From a virus (lineage: Duplodnaviria; Caudoviricetes): a stretch of 64,000 bases of DNA. A program made the position numbers and the translations under genes. This document shows positions 39,963 through 50,141 of this stretch, piece by piece. The stretch lies in IMG/VR virus record IMGVR_UViG_2597490325_000001, positions 198,392 through 262,391 of that record. One strand, given 5' to 3'. The number at the start of each line of letters is the position of its first letter. The stretch's first letter is position 1. The notes beneath the pieces are model-generated. The model did no database searches, had not been told where the DNA came from, and saw only the letters and a list, made by a program, of their open reading frames with translations.

Positions 39963-40272
39963 TTATGATAGAGTAGTGTTAACATCAATAAATGTAGAAA
40001 GAATACATGATTTCATAAATTCTGCAGCAGAAGTAGCTTATGAAAAAATTATAGCATCATATACATATAATATACGTTTAAAATTTCTTAATGGTAAACT
40101 TATAGAAAATGTAATATTATCGGGTAGTATGGAAAGAATCGTTTCAGAATTAATGATTTCAAAAGTACCAGAGGTAGGCGGCGAAATTTACAGAATTGAA
40201 TTATCTATGGATTTCTTATCATGGGATAAAACAAAGTATCATTTTACATATGAAGGAGATTTCATTTGTTAA
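39922..40272 (+). CDS. Hypothetical, array 1
   Basis: RBS AAGGA; overlaps its neighbours. Confidence 0.6.
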   Translation: MLVVRFPIVHHTLNYDRVVLTSINVERIHDFINSAAEVAYEKIIASYTYNIRLKFLNGKLIENVILSGSMERIVSELMISKVPEVGGEIYRIELSMDFLSWDKTKYHFTYEGDFIC

Positions 40273-40625
40273 AAATAAAACTTAAAAGTGAAAATGGTGT
40301 GCTAGCATTAAAACTTCATAGATGTTTTGTAGCCAGACATAGAAGTGTATATTTTGAAACAGAATATCTTTCTAACTCTTATGCTGAAATACATAATACC
40401 GAATTAAGAATTACATTTTCAATTGATGCATTATCAGACAAAAATCTGGTAAAAATCATTCATATTCCAGGAGGAATGTCTTTTCTAAATACTATTTGTA
40501 CAGACGATAAAAGTGCAGGATTTCATATAAGAAAAAACAGTGGAATTTTGTCTAATAAGATCCTTATGAAATTTAGTAATAAGGTATCTAGAAAGCATCT
40601 TTATAGCGCTATGGGAATATACTAA
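40266..40625 (+). CDS. Hypothetical, array 1
   Basis: RBS AAGGAG, TTG start; MLKIKLK. Confidence 0.6.
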   Translation: MLKIKLKSENGVLALKLHRCFVARHRSVYFETEYLSNSYAEIHNTELRITFSIDALSDKNLVKIIHIPGGMSFLNTICTDDKSAGFHIRKNSGILSNKILMKFSNKVSRKHLYSAMGIY

Positions 40626-40945
40626 TGATGTTATTCAAGGCTTATAATGGAACTAAAGATGGCTTTGATATACAAAGGATAATTGCATTGGATATCGAAG
40701 ATGCAAAAGAATTGGATATAACTGTAGGAGAACATAAATTCTATATTTTCATTAGAAGTACTGGTAGGAATGCATCATGCTATGAAGAATTAAGTGGATT
40801 ACTTACTGCTAGAAATTCAATATACATCGACCATTCAAAAGATGATTTTTTAGATGTCCTTCTTCCAGAGTTTAAAAAACCTCTGATTTATCAAAAGAGA
40901 TTTAATCGACCTCAAAAGATCAATATAAATGTAAGGATTGTTTAA
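40625..40945 (+). CDS. Hypothetical, array 1
   Basis: TAATG coupling. Confidence 0.6.
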   Translation: MMLFKAYNGTKDGFDIQRIIALDIEDAKELDITVGEHKFYIFIRSTGRNASCYEELSGLLTARNSIYIDHSKDDFLDVLLPEFKKPLIYQKRFNRPQKININVRIV

Positions 40946-41265
40946 TGCTACTAATTAAAGGAACTCTTGGAGGTGATGAAGTATCTAGTTATTCAGATGT
41001 AAAACCCCCTAAAACAAACGTCGAGAATAATTATGATGAAATTAGTGACCATCTAATTGAAATAAGCCAAACTATAGTAGTTAGTATTTTTTATAACTAT
41101 GTAGATAATAGGCAATCTAGCTATTTTTCCGCATTAATTCTAAAAGTAGAAACCGATATAGTCATTCCGGCCTCATTTGATTTTATATTCTATGTAAGAA
41201 ATAAAAGAAGAATTGTTAGTGAGGTTAATTTGAAAAGGAAATTTATGGATAAAAGTATTCTATGA
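40945..41265 (+). CDS. Hypothetical, array 1
   Basis: TAATG coupling. Confidence 0.6.
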   Translation: MLLIKGTLGGDEVSSYSDVKPPKTNVENNYDEISDHLIEISQTIVVSIFYNYVDNRQSSYFSALILKVETDIVIPASFDFIFYVRNKRRIVSEVNLKRKFMDKSIL

Positions 41266-41528
41266 AGATATTTAAAAGGCCTGAATCTAGTGTAATAGGA
41301 ATTAGCTCCAATCCAATTAATGCAGTTTATCATAGGTCTATAGAGTATTTATTCACTAAAATAGGCGGAGATTTACTCTGTCCAGACCCTATAACTATCA
41401 GAACTCATCCAATATGGATACTAGAAACAACTAAAATATTAAAGCCTACTTATGATATAAGCTATAAAGTGATGATTGATCATGAAAAATATAGAGATAT
41501 AAGATTCTTTATATTTGCTAAAAAATAA
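41262..41528 (+). CDS. Hypothetical, array 1
   Basis: ATGA coupling. Confidence 0.6.
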   Translation: MKIFKRPESSVIGISSNPINAVYHRSIEYLFTKIGGDLLCPDPITIRTHPIWILETTKILKPTYDISYKVMIDHEKYRDIRFFIFAKK

Positions 41529-41576
41529 AATAAAAATATATTATAAATAAGAATACTAATAAATGAGGAAAATGTA

Positions 41577-43427
41577 ATGGAAGTCTATTCTAGAAATGGT
41601 TTAGTAGAAATTATTACATATAAAGATCGTTCTCCAAGAGGTGAGAAACTTTATATTCTGTGTCGAAATCTTGCTAATAAAATTGATAAGGTAATTGTAA
41701 CTGCAGCCAAAGATAGCAATATTCCTTTAAATGCTATTTTACCGCTTCAATTCTCTTTTGAGTTTTTACATACAAAGATGCGATTCAATGTAAATTTTAA
41801 ATTTCAAGGAAATGCGGTATATAAAGAATTTCTTAAATATAAAAATGCTATTGGATTTATCGAAGAAAACCCCCAAGATCCAAAAGTAACGGAAACACGT
41901 TTAATTGATTATATTAGTAATGCTTTACAATACGTATCTCGTAAAGATTCTTCTGTAGAAGATAATATTCGTTATAAAGAATTCGCTACTAAAGGTCTTG
42001 TACCCGGTAACTTCCAAGTCAATTTCCGAAATCTTAAAAAGGATTTAGGGTTAATTGGAAATTTAACATGGATGGTATGTGAGTCTCTAGGTGAGATTGA
42101 TACTGATGAAGTGATTGAAAAAGAAATTGAGCAAGGCGCTCCTTCAGTTCCTGCATCTGGTTACAAATATGAACCTTATAAATATAGTAGCTCTCCAAAC
42201 ACAAAATTCGATTATTTTGTTAATTTAAAAGCACCGCTTAATGATAGAAATGATATTAATCGAGGGTGGACACGTCTTCTTAAGGAAAATCTTGAAAAGA
42301 CATCCGTTATGATTAATAAACTGATGAACCTTACAGCTGAAAAGAAAGTTTTATTTGGTTTGGCATGTACGTCAGATTTAGTAGGTAAAGCCACACTATA
42401 TTTGTATGTACCTACCTTAGATACTCTTGTAAGGGAACTGCCATCCGACCGAGTTATCAATACAGTTAAAATTGATGAAAATACTGATTATCTTCAGGCT
42501 TTAGCTACATTAGTTAAAATGGAACCTAATGAATTAGTAAAATCCGTTAGGAACTTTTCATCATTTAATATTCTTATGACAATTATTCTTAAGCCATATG
42601 AATTCTTTAATATTAATAGTAGTCTAAAGAAAGATAAAAAATATTATGAAAGTCCATATGCTATTCTAAAAGATCAATTTGAAAATTTCTTTAAGTATCA
42701 TACTAAATGTTATGAATTGGAATTGAAGGTTGATGAAGGAACTATCTTTAGAAATATAAGTTTTAAAAATTCTATACGAAATGTCAATGTATCCCTAGGG
42801 AAGTATAGACTTCATACTATGCTTGAAATAAATAATAATTTACAATTTTCAATAGGTTTTGATTTTACTTCTGACAAATGTAAATTGGGAGATATGCTGG
42901 ATAAAGCTCGTATAGTTTCTATTTTAGAATGTATCCGAGGCTTTACAGCAATTACTAACCGTATAGGTAATTTGAAAGAGGATGAAAAGTTTCTACCGAA
43001 ACTACGTGTATATTTCAATAATACTAAAGATCTTTCCAAGTCAGATAATATTATTACCTATGTAGGCTCTAATAATGTTAATAACTTTGTTATCAAAACT
43101 ATTAACATCTTAGATAATACTGTTAAAGAACCTAAGATCAATCTCGATCAGATTAATTTAGCTTTTGAAACTTTTGTAGCCATTAATTTAATGAGTGAAG
43201 AATTTTATATTTCTTTAAATAATTCTGACCCTGCTAAAGTCCTTGGAAGTTTTATATTGGAGAAGAAGGATGAAATTGAAGAAAAACTTGCAAAAGTGTA
43301 TAGTAATGCCGCTAGAATGGATGATCGGCTTGCTAAAGAGTTTGTACTCGATTCCCTTTCTAATCGCCTTCATAATGTTTGTTTATCGAAGATTGACTTC
43401 TACCGTAACAAAGCCGTTTTGAAATAG
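41577..43427 (+). CDS. Large hypothetical early protein (616 aa)
   Basis: Early promoter 41537, RBS GAGGA; no recognisable motif. Confidence 0.75.
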   Translation: MEVYSRNGLVEIITYKDRSPRGEKLYILCRNLANKIDKVIVTAAKDSNIPLNAILPLQFSFEFLHTKMRFNVNFKFQGNAVYKEFLKYKNAIGFIEENPQDPKVTETRLIDYISNALQYVSRKDSSVEDNIRYKEFATKGLVPGNFQVNFRNLKKDLGLIGNLTWMVCESLGEIDTDEVIEKEIEQGAPSVPASGYKYEPYKYSSSPNTKFDYFVNLKAPLNDRNDINRGWTRLLKENLEKTSVMINKLMNLTAEKKVLFGLACTSDLVGKATLYLYVPTLDTLVRELPSDRVINTVKIDENTDYLQALATLVKMEPNELVKSVRNFSSFNILMTIILKPYEFFNINSSLKKDKKYYESPYAILKDQFENFFKYHTKCYELELKVDEGTIFRNISFKNSIRNVNVSLGKYRLHTMLEINNNLQFSIGFDFTSDKCKLGDMLDKARIVSILECIRGFTAITNRIGNLKEDEKFLPKLRVYFNNTKDLSKSDNIITYVGSNNVNNFVIKTINILDNTVKEPKINLDQINLAFETFVAINLMSEEFYISLNNSDPAKVLGSFILEKKDEIEEKLAKVYSNAARMDDRLAKEFVLDSLSNRLHNVCLSKIDFYRNKAVLK

Positions 43428-43526
43428 ATATTATTTTAGTGAGAGGAAAAAGATATTAATGGAAAACTATATCTTTTTCCACAATTAACTTATTGAAAGA
43501 AGTTTCATAAAAAGAGGAATAAAGCA

Positions 43527-44864
43527 ATGCCAGAGATGAATCCGGATACTATTCGCAATCAGGTTATCGAAATCGCTAAAGGTGAAGCGGTTATCACTGT
43601 TCCAAATCCGGTTCCTTGCAGCCTGGATACTTTCCTGTCTGCCATGACTTCTCCTGAAGTCGTAATCAACACTTTCCTGCCAAGTGATCTCTATGACAAA
43701 GACTCTCTGAATGAAGAAGAATTCAAAGAGATCGCTTTCAGCGTTTACACTAACGTGCTGTCATACACTTACGGCGCTACCAACGTTGTACCTTTCAGCT
43801 TCGACGACAACTGTCCACCGCTGGCCCGTCAGAACCTACTGCTGCAAAACTTCATTGAAGCTGGCGGCACCAAAGAAACTCTGGACGTTCTGGGCGTAAA
43901 AGGTTTTGAGAAAGCTTTTTCTATGCTCCTGCTGCCGCTGGGTATCGCTCAGTGTGCTAACATGACTGATGTTCGTAAGAGCATCGAAGCCCTGAACAAA
44001 ATCAACGATGGCGAAGACCGTATTAAAAATAACATCAACGTTATTATGGGCTTCAACATTCCACTGGAAACCAGTCTTGATGATATTGAAGCGCTGGCGC
44101 GTGAAGGTAACATCGACGTTAACCTGTTCCTGGCTCGTCAGAAACCGGAATTCAATACCGTTGAAGTAATTCATCGCTTCAAAGAATTCCTGGATCCTTC
44201 CCGCGTTATGATTCAGGTTGATTTCACTGAAGACGCTTTCCGTACTTTGCTGGATGAAGGTTATTTCAGCGATGTACGTGATCAGCTCTTCACGGTTGCT
44301 AATCCAATGATCATGGAGCTGGCTGATCTGCGTGAGAAGTATTGGGATAAATTCTCATGGGAACGTGCGCTGGTTAAGTACACTTTCTCTGAAGAAATCC
44401 TGAATCGTATTATCAGTGAAGGTAAAATGAACTGGGCTGTAGCTTCTGTGTTCCAGGTAATGTCTGATGAAATGATTCTCGCTAACAACGATGAAATCAC
44501 TTTCTGGCGTCCTGAGTTCAACTTTGACTACTGGTTCAAGGGTGAAAACGACAATAAAGAACTGCGTGCAGAATACGCTAAGCATACTCCTACCAACGAA
44601 ACTGTTGCATGGAATGAAGTTATCCGTCGTCATAAAGACAAGCAGGAACTTCTGATGCTGGCTGCAATCACCGTTTCTGAAATGCCGATTGCTGTTGAAC
44701 TGACTGACGAAAGCGGTTCCACCGTTGAATCCCGTGTAAGTAACCCGCAAAATGATAAACCAGTTGATCAGCGCATCAAACACAAACTTCTAATTCCAGA
44801 AGTAGTGGATGGTAAACTTCAGTATTCTGAAGAAAAAGATCTCTCTAACTTTTATGAAGGTTAA
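43527..44864 (+). CDS. Putatively highly expressed early protein with C-terminal tryptophan-repeat-like segments
   Basis: Strong CTG/CGT/ATC/AAC codon bias; FSWERALVKYTFSEEIL and MNWAVASVFQVMSDEMI repeats; own promoter and UUCG terminator. Confidence 0.75.
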   Translation: MPEMNPDTIRNQVIEIAKGEAVITVPNPVPCSLDTFLSAMTSPEVVINTFLPSDLYDKDSLNEEEFKEIAFSVYTNVLSYTYGATNVVPFSFDDNCPPLARQNLLLQNFIEAGGTKETLDVLGVKGFEKAFSMLLLPLGIAQCANMTDVRKSIEALNKINDGEDRIKNNINVIMGFNIPLETSLDDIEALAREGNIDVNLFLARQKPEFNTVEVIHRFKEFLDPSRVMIQVDFTEDAFRTLLDEGYFSDVRDQLFTVANPMIMELADLREKYWDKFSWERALVKYTFSEEILNRIISEGKMNWAVASVFQVMSDEMILANNDEITFWRPEFNFDYWFKGENDNKELRAEYAKHTPTNETVAWNEVIRRHKDKQELLMLAAITVSEMPIAVELTDESGSTVESRVSNPQNDKPVDQRIKHKLLIPEVVDGKLQYSEEKDLSNFYEG

Positions 44865-44873
44865 TTGATCTAT

Positions 44874-44908
44874 AAAAGATCCTCTTCGGAGGATCTTTTT
44901 TTTTTTTA
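44874..44908 (+). terminator. Intrinsic terminator with UUCG loop
   Basis: AAAAGATCCTC TTCG GAGGATCTTTT followed by a T run. Confidence 0.85.
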
Positions 44909-45014
44909 TATTCTTTTTATGTATATATAATTATAAGGATATTAAAGGAATTTAAAAAGTTTCCTTTAACCTAACAAATATTTGTATATCACAATAAACA
45001 GAGGAATATAAGTT

Positions 45015-45224
45015 ATGGCTGAAAACATTGTTCAGCAATCCCTTGAGGAAGTATTTGCAGAACGTTTCAAAACTTATGGTAGTGAAACTGTAAAAGAACG
45101 TTCTATTCCTTCTGTAGAAGATGGATTCTTACCCGTAATGCGTCGTATTATTTATACTATGTATAAAGAAGGTGCTTATCCACGTTTTACTAAAGCTGCT
45201 CAATTTGTAGGTACTACTATTGGT
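45015..45224 (+). CDS. gyrA: DNA gyrase subunit A, exon 1 (spliced product about 832 aa)
   Basis: RSIPSVEDGFLPVMRRIIY...KAAQFVGTTIG; AACA-N6-TG promoter at 44973. Confidence 0.9.
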
Positions 45225-46514
45225 TAACTTATATCTTTTTAGTACTATCTAGTGATGTATCCTCCCAAAATTGATCCCTAACAGTGTTTTAGTATCTATA
45301 AGGATCAATTATGAAAAGTAAATCAAAACAACTTAAGATAATTAGCAAGAAGTATTTAAATGCATTAGATTTCTATTATAGTAATGACCATTCGGCAACT
45401 TTTGTAGCCAAAAAATTTCAGCTATCAAAAAATACTTTGTTGAGAATGGTTCGTCTTGGAAATTTTGAAGAATTACCTGATGGTAATATAGCTGAAAAAG
45501 ATCAAGATTATTATATGTGGAAAAATATAATGCATATTTACAAAACTACTAATAAATCGGCTAATGAATTATGTCTAGAATTCAATGTAGGTAAATCATC
45601 CTTTGCTAAAAATCTTAAATATTTTAATTTAAGTTATAAAGGTAGGAGTAACCTGATTGAATTTAAAAGAGATATATTTTCTAAAATAGATTCAAGCGAT
45701 AAAGCATACTGGCTTGGGTTTATTTTAGCTGATGGTTGCATTTATAAAAATGAATTGCGGCTTAAATTAGGGAAAGTAGATTACGTTCATTTGCAAAAAT
45801 ATTGTGATTTTTTAGGGCTGAGTCATAATCATATTGTTAAAGATGCACATACAATAAAAGTAATTGTATGTGATAAAAAAATGATTATCGATCTTAATAA
45901 ATTAAATATTTTTTCTAAAAAATCATGTAAAGAAATTCCACCCATAATAGATCCTATTTTTCATAGAGATCTATTACGTGGATTCTTTGATGGCGATGGA
46001 TGTATTAAAACAAATCTTGCTTCAATATCTTTAGTAGGTAGTAAGGATATGATGGATTTCTGCAATAAAGTATTCCATGAAGAATTAGGAATACCTTTAG
46101 GTAAAGTCTATTCAGATAAAAAAGTTTATAGATTGGCTTGGTATAGTCTTTTCAATAAACAAAGTATCCTTAGTTGGTTATATGATGGGAGTCATACATA
46201 TTTAGATAGGAAATTTAGCTTAGCTAAAAAGATTGGCCGTCTATGAAAGTAATTTTATAGATTATTATTGGGGAAGAAAACGGGAAGGGTTTAGCTATCC
46301 TAATCCGACTGGAAGGCTATATTTAAAAGTATAGTCACAGGCAACGCATAGTAGGTGAACCTTATAGCGATATAAGAATATAATCCTGCCACGAGTCCCC
46401 GACATCCTATATAGGATGAAAAGATATGCTAGGCTGGATTGGAAAAGACCAATCGATGAAAATGAGGGAAACCTCCAGAGAGTAAGATAAAAAGCTTACT
46501 GTTAATAACTACCG
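45225..46514 (+). mobile_element. Group I intron in gyrA (1290 nt)
   Basis: Interrupts IG^RYHPHGD. Exon ends in U and intron ends in G; the core lies after the ORF (GUAA-loop P2 at about 46241-46262, P7 GCATA 46346/TATGC 46425). Confidence 0.88.
45311..46246 (+). CDS. Intron-encoded LAGLIDADG homing endonuclease with N-terminal HTH repeats
   Basis: AYWLGFILADGCI and LLRGFFDGDGCI motifs; YLDRK end. Confidence 0.9.
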   Translation: MKSKSKQLKIISKKYLNALDFYYSNDHSATFVAKKFQLSKNTLLRMVRLGNFEELPDGNIAEKDQDYYMWKNIMHIYKTTNKSANELCLEFNVGKSSFAKNLKYFNLSYKGRSNLIEFKRDIFSKIDSSDKAYWLGFILADGCIYKNELRLKLGKVDYVHLQKYCDFLGLSHNHIVKDAHTIKVIVCDKKMIIDLNKLNIFSKKSCKEIPPIIDPIFHRDLLRGFFDGDGCIKTNLASISLVGSKDMMDFCNKVFHEELGIPLGKVYSDKKVYRLAWYSLFNKQSILSWLYDGSHTYLDRKFSLAKKIGRL

Positions 46515-48803
46515 CGTTACCACCCTCACGGTGATAGTTCTTGCTATGAATCAATGGTTGGTATGTCTCAAGGATTCCGTAAATTGAATCCACTTATTGA
46601 CCCTCAAGGTAATAATGGTTCAGTAGATGATTTTAAGTCATTTGCGGCAATGCGATATCTTGAACTGCGTCTTTCTGCTTTTACAAGAGATGTATTCTTC
46701 TCTAACTTCTCTGAGAAGAATAATAACTTCGTTCCTAACTATGATAAAACTCATTTGGAACCGGAAGTATTTACTCCAGTAATTCCAACCATTTTAAATA
46801 ACGGTATTACCGCTATTGCATCAGGCTTCGTCTGTAACCTTCCAACACATCGTGTAACGGATATTGTAGAAGTTACTAAACGTCTGATTGCTGATGCAGA
46901 CATTAGTGATAAAGAACTAGCTAAAGGTTTTTATCCAGACTTTCCTTTAGGTGCCACTATCATTAACCGTGATGACCTGATTGATATGTACACCAAAGGT
47001 CAAGGTGTAATTCAGGTTCAGGCAACATTAGAAGATGGCGATTTTAAAGGTAAGCCAGCTATTATTGTACGTGATCTTCCTCCAGAAGTAAGCGTTAACA
47101 AAATACTTGAACAAATTCGTTTTGGTCTTACGCCAGAAGATGTTAAAAAAGCTAAGAAAAAGAAAACTCTTACTAAACCTGGATGCCTAATTGAGCTTAT
47201 TCAGGATGTTAAAGATATCAGTACCAAAAAAGAAGGTATCGGTATCGCATTACTTCTTAAAAAAGGTGTAGATTCCGGTACCGTTAAAAACGTATTGTAT
47301 AAATCTACAAGTCTACGTTATTCTGTAAAATATCAGGCTAACGTACTTATTGAAGGTAAGCTAGAATCTAACTGTTCTCTTAAGAAACTACTCAGTACTT
47401 GGGTGGCTTTCCGTCGCAATACAGTTCGTCGTATTCTTAATATTAAGATTGCAGATTATTCTGAACAGCAATCTCTTAAACAAGCTTTAATTAAAGCCCT
47501 AGGCAAGATCGATAAAGTTATCGAAATTGTTCAAAATGCATCTGATAAGAAAGAAGCTATTGATAAAATTCGTAAGCTTCTCTCAATTGGATTCAACCAA
47601 GCAACATATATCGTTGAAACCAAACTTTATCAGCTATCAAAAATGTCTGTCCAAGATCTTAAAGACGAAATTAAGACTCTTGGAGAAAAGATTAAAGAAT
47701 CCGTAGAAACTATTTCTGATGATCATCGTATTGATGAAATCATTGTAGAAGAAATGGATAGAATTATTGAGAAACACTGTAAGAAAGAAAAACGTACTAC
47801 AGATGTAATCAATATTACTAGCTCTCTTGATGATGTTAAAGCTTTTGTTCAACCAGAGAATTTAGTAATTGGTTTTGCTAAAGAAATGGATGATTTGGAT
47901 AATGCAGGTTATTCCTCTAATGCTTATGTATTTGCCAAATCAACTGATGAAATCATTTCTGGTGATACTCGCGGTCGTAAAGGTCAGAATTTTGTACCTA
48001 GTACGGTTAAGAAAGTAATTATTGAGACATTCACTGTAAATACTCATGATTATATTCTATGCTTTACTACTGACGGTAAATTGATTATTCGTCAGGGATA
48101 TGAATTCAATATGTGGAATAAACCTATTGGGGCTATTCTTAATCTGGAAGGTCGCCGTATTAGTACTATTATTCCTATCACTGAAAAAGATCTAGACAAA
48201 TATCTTGTATTTGTCACTGAAGCAGGTTATATGAAACGTATCCCTGTTGATGGATTTGATCTTAATCGTAAAGCGGCAGTTATTGCTATTAAACCTACAG
48301 AGGGCGATATTCTTAAAGCCGTATCTTTGTCTCTTTCTGAGATTGATAATGTGTTTGTATACTCTAATGAGGGTAAGGCTCAACGTCTGTTAGCTTCTCA
48401 GATTGATGAAATGACCAGAGCATCTGCCGGACGTTGCCGTTTGACACTAGGTGAAGATGAATACGTAGTAGGTCTAACTGTAGGTAATACAGATACTACT
48501 AAAATTCTGATGTGTGCAAGTAATGGTAAAGGTAAGATCATTGACCTTGAAGAATTCCCACTTCGTCGTGGTGATAAAGGTCGTCGTTCTATGCTTAAAG
48601 CAATTACTCTGGCAGAAGGGGAAATGCTTATTGGAGCTTTGATTGTCAAAGAAGAAGATTCTGTAGCATTCAATACTTCTAATAACAAAATTGTGTCTCT
48701 GAATGTAGCTAATGTTACCACTCTTGGACGTAATGCCAAAGGTATGACTCTAGCTAAGCCAAGTGAAGGTGAGATTATTACATCCATCACTTATTCTAAT
48801 TAA
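46515..48803 (+). CDS. gyrA: GyrA exon 2 (catalytic Tyr and beta-pinwheel CTD)
   Basis: [12 protein letters not shown] in frame upstream of the annotated ATG 46554; AAMRY; PDFPLG; CTD blade motifs. Confidence 0.92.
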   Translation, partial: RYHPHGDSSCYESMVGMSQGFRKLNPLIDPQGNNGSVDDFKSFAAMRYLELRLSAFTRDVFFSNFSEKNNNFVPNYDKTHLEPEVFTPVIPTILNNGITAIASGFVCNLPTHRVTDIVEVTKRLIADADISDKELAKGFYPDFPLGATIINRDDLIDMYTKGQGVIQVQATLEDGDFKGKPAIIVRDLPPEVSVNKILEQIRFGLTPEDVKKAKKKKTLTKPGCLIELIQDVKDISTKKEGIGIALLLKKGVDSGTVKNVLYKSTSLRYSVKYQANVLIEGKLESNCSLKKLLSTWVAFRRNTVRRILNIKIADYSEQQSLKQALIKALGKIDKVIEIVQNASDKKEAIDKIRKLLSIGFNQATYIVETKLYQLSKMSVQDLKDEIKTLGEKIKESVETISDDHRIDEIIVEEMDRIIEKHCKKEKRTTDVINITSSLDDVKAFVQPENLVIGFAKEMDDLDNAGYSSNAYVFAKSTDEIISGDTRGRKGQNFVPSTVKKVIIETFTVNTHDYILCFTTDGKLIIRQGYEFNMWNKPIGAILNLEGRRISTIIPITEKDLDKYLVFVTEAGYMKRIPVDGFDLNRKAAVIAIKPTEGDILKAVSLSLSEIDNVFVYSNEGKAQRLLASQIDEMTRASAGRCRLTLGEDEYVVGLTVGNTDTTKILMCASNGKGKIIDLEEFPLRRGDKGRRSMLKAITLAEGEMLIGALIVKEEDSVAFNTSNNKIVSLNVANVTTLGRNAKGMTLAKPSEGEIITSITYSN

Positions 48804-48996
48804 TTAAGTCAAAAGGGTATAAGGATTAATTTCCTTATACCCTATATTTTTTTATTTCAAAAGTTTCGTAAGTAAATAATTTTTAAATATATATTATAAT
48901 TATGATAATCAAGATGATTATCATCTATTATGAGGAAGCATATTAGATAATATTTAAATTAAATAACTGTACGCAAACTTTTTGGAGGTATAACCT

Positions 48997-49281
48997 ATGT
49001 TCGTAACTAAGTTATTAAATAAGTTCTTTAAAAAGGATGCAAAGCAGAATAAAGCCACTAAGACCCCGAATGATGATTTATTCAGAGGTCAAATTCAAAA
49101 AGGTATTGATATCCAGGTACCTAACAAGCTAATAGACCAGACTCCAAAATTTATCAGGCATGAAGATCCTCAGCCTATAACATTTAACAAGACTCAAAAT
49201 AAGAGTCGGAAGCAGTCTAAAAGCAACTATTTGCGTGCTAAAGTACGACCTAACTCTCGTACTCAGAACGCCGGTCTTTAA
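48997..49281 (+). CDS. Basic hypothetical protein
   Basis: RBS GGAGG, early promoter 48890. Confidence 0.65.
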   Translation: MFVTKLLNKFFKKDAKQNKATKTPNDDLFRGQIQKGIDIQVPNKLIDQTPKFIRHEDPQPITFNKTQNKSRKQSKSNYLRAKVRPNSRTQNAGL

Positions 49282-49407
49282 TTTTTAACCAACGGCAATG
49301 GGGGTGTTAATACACCCCCTTACACATTTCACACACTCGGAGAATTCTAAGCAAGCTATAAATGCGTCCTTAGTCGACAATAATAAACTATAGGAAAGAA
49401 CCCAAAA

Positions 49408-50124
49408 ATGTTTACCACAATAAAAGATTATTTAATTGGAAGTACTATTAAGGCTGTGATATTCACACTAGCAATGGTCTCCGTAACAGTAGGTATTTCG
49501 ATTCCGGTAACTCCAGCTTCTACCATAGGAACTCCTACTCCAGATTTATCTGAATCAGATATTCAGAACTTGATTAAAGAAGCTGATGCACGTAATAAAG
49601 AACTCACAACTCCCGCTAAACCTACAGGAGCGTTCTTTAATCCTAAACCCGTAGCTGAAAACAGCAAAATGTATGATGGGTTTCGAATGGATGATATAGT
49701 AGATTTGATCTACTATCAACACAACAAAATTGTCGAGAGAGAAAAAATCTCTAATCTTGTACAAATAGTTATAGAGGAAGCACCTAAATATGGCAATCCG
49801 CCAATACACGTAGTATTAGCTATTATCAATAAAGAAAGTACATGGAATTCCAAAGCACGTTCTGGTAGCTCATATGGGCCTATGCAAGTACATTATCGTG
49901 TATGGGGTGACTACTGTAACTTAGATTCAGCAAAGAGTTTATATAACCCCAGAATAGGGGTACGATGTGGCTTAAAAGTCTTTACCTATTATTTGGAAGC
50001 AAATAATGGAAATGTAAATAAAACCTTGCAACGATATCGAGGAAGCGATTCTCGAACAAATAATCGATATGCAAGAGACGTTTTGCGAACTGCAAATAAA
50101 ATAAAAACTGTTTTATCTTCTTAA
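49408..50124 (+). CDS. Membrane-anchored or secreted SLT-domain lytic transglycosylase
   Basis: LAIINKESTWN, SYGPMQVH, L.RYRG; N-terminal hydrophobic segment. Confidence 0.85.
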   Translation: MFTTIKDYLIGSTIKAVIFTLAMVSVTVGISIPVTPASTIGTPTPDLSESDIQNLIKEADARNKELTTPAKPTGAFFNPKPVAENSKMYDGFRMDDIVDLIYYQHNKIVEREKISNLVQIVIEEAPKYGNPPIHVVLAIINKESTWNSKARSGSSYGPMQVHYRVWGDYCNLDSAKSLYNPRIGVRCGLKVFTYYLEANNGNVNKTLQRYRGSDSRTNNRYARDVLRTANKIKTVLSS

Positions 50125-50141
50125 TAAGATAAGGAATAATT

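Noticed and set aside
41577-44864. Chimallin (nuclear shell) or PhuZ tubulin assignment for the large early genes
   Set aside because: No tubulin signature and no recognisable chimallin sequence features; size alone is insufficient.
49282-49407. Possible tRNA or riboswitch in the intergenic region
   Set aside because: Only a single G/C hairpin is present; no cloverleaf, TTC-loop or recognisable aptamer.
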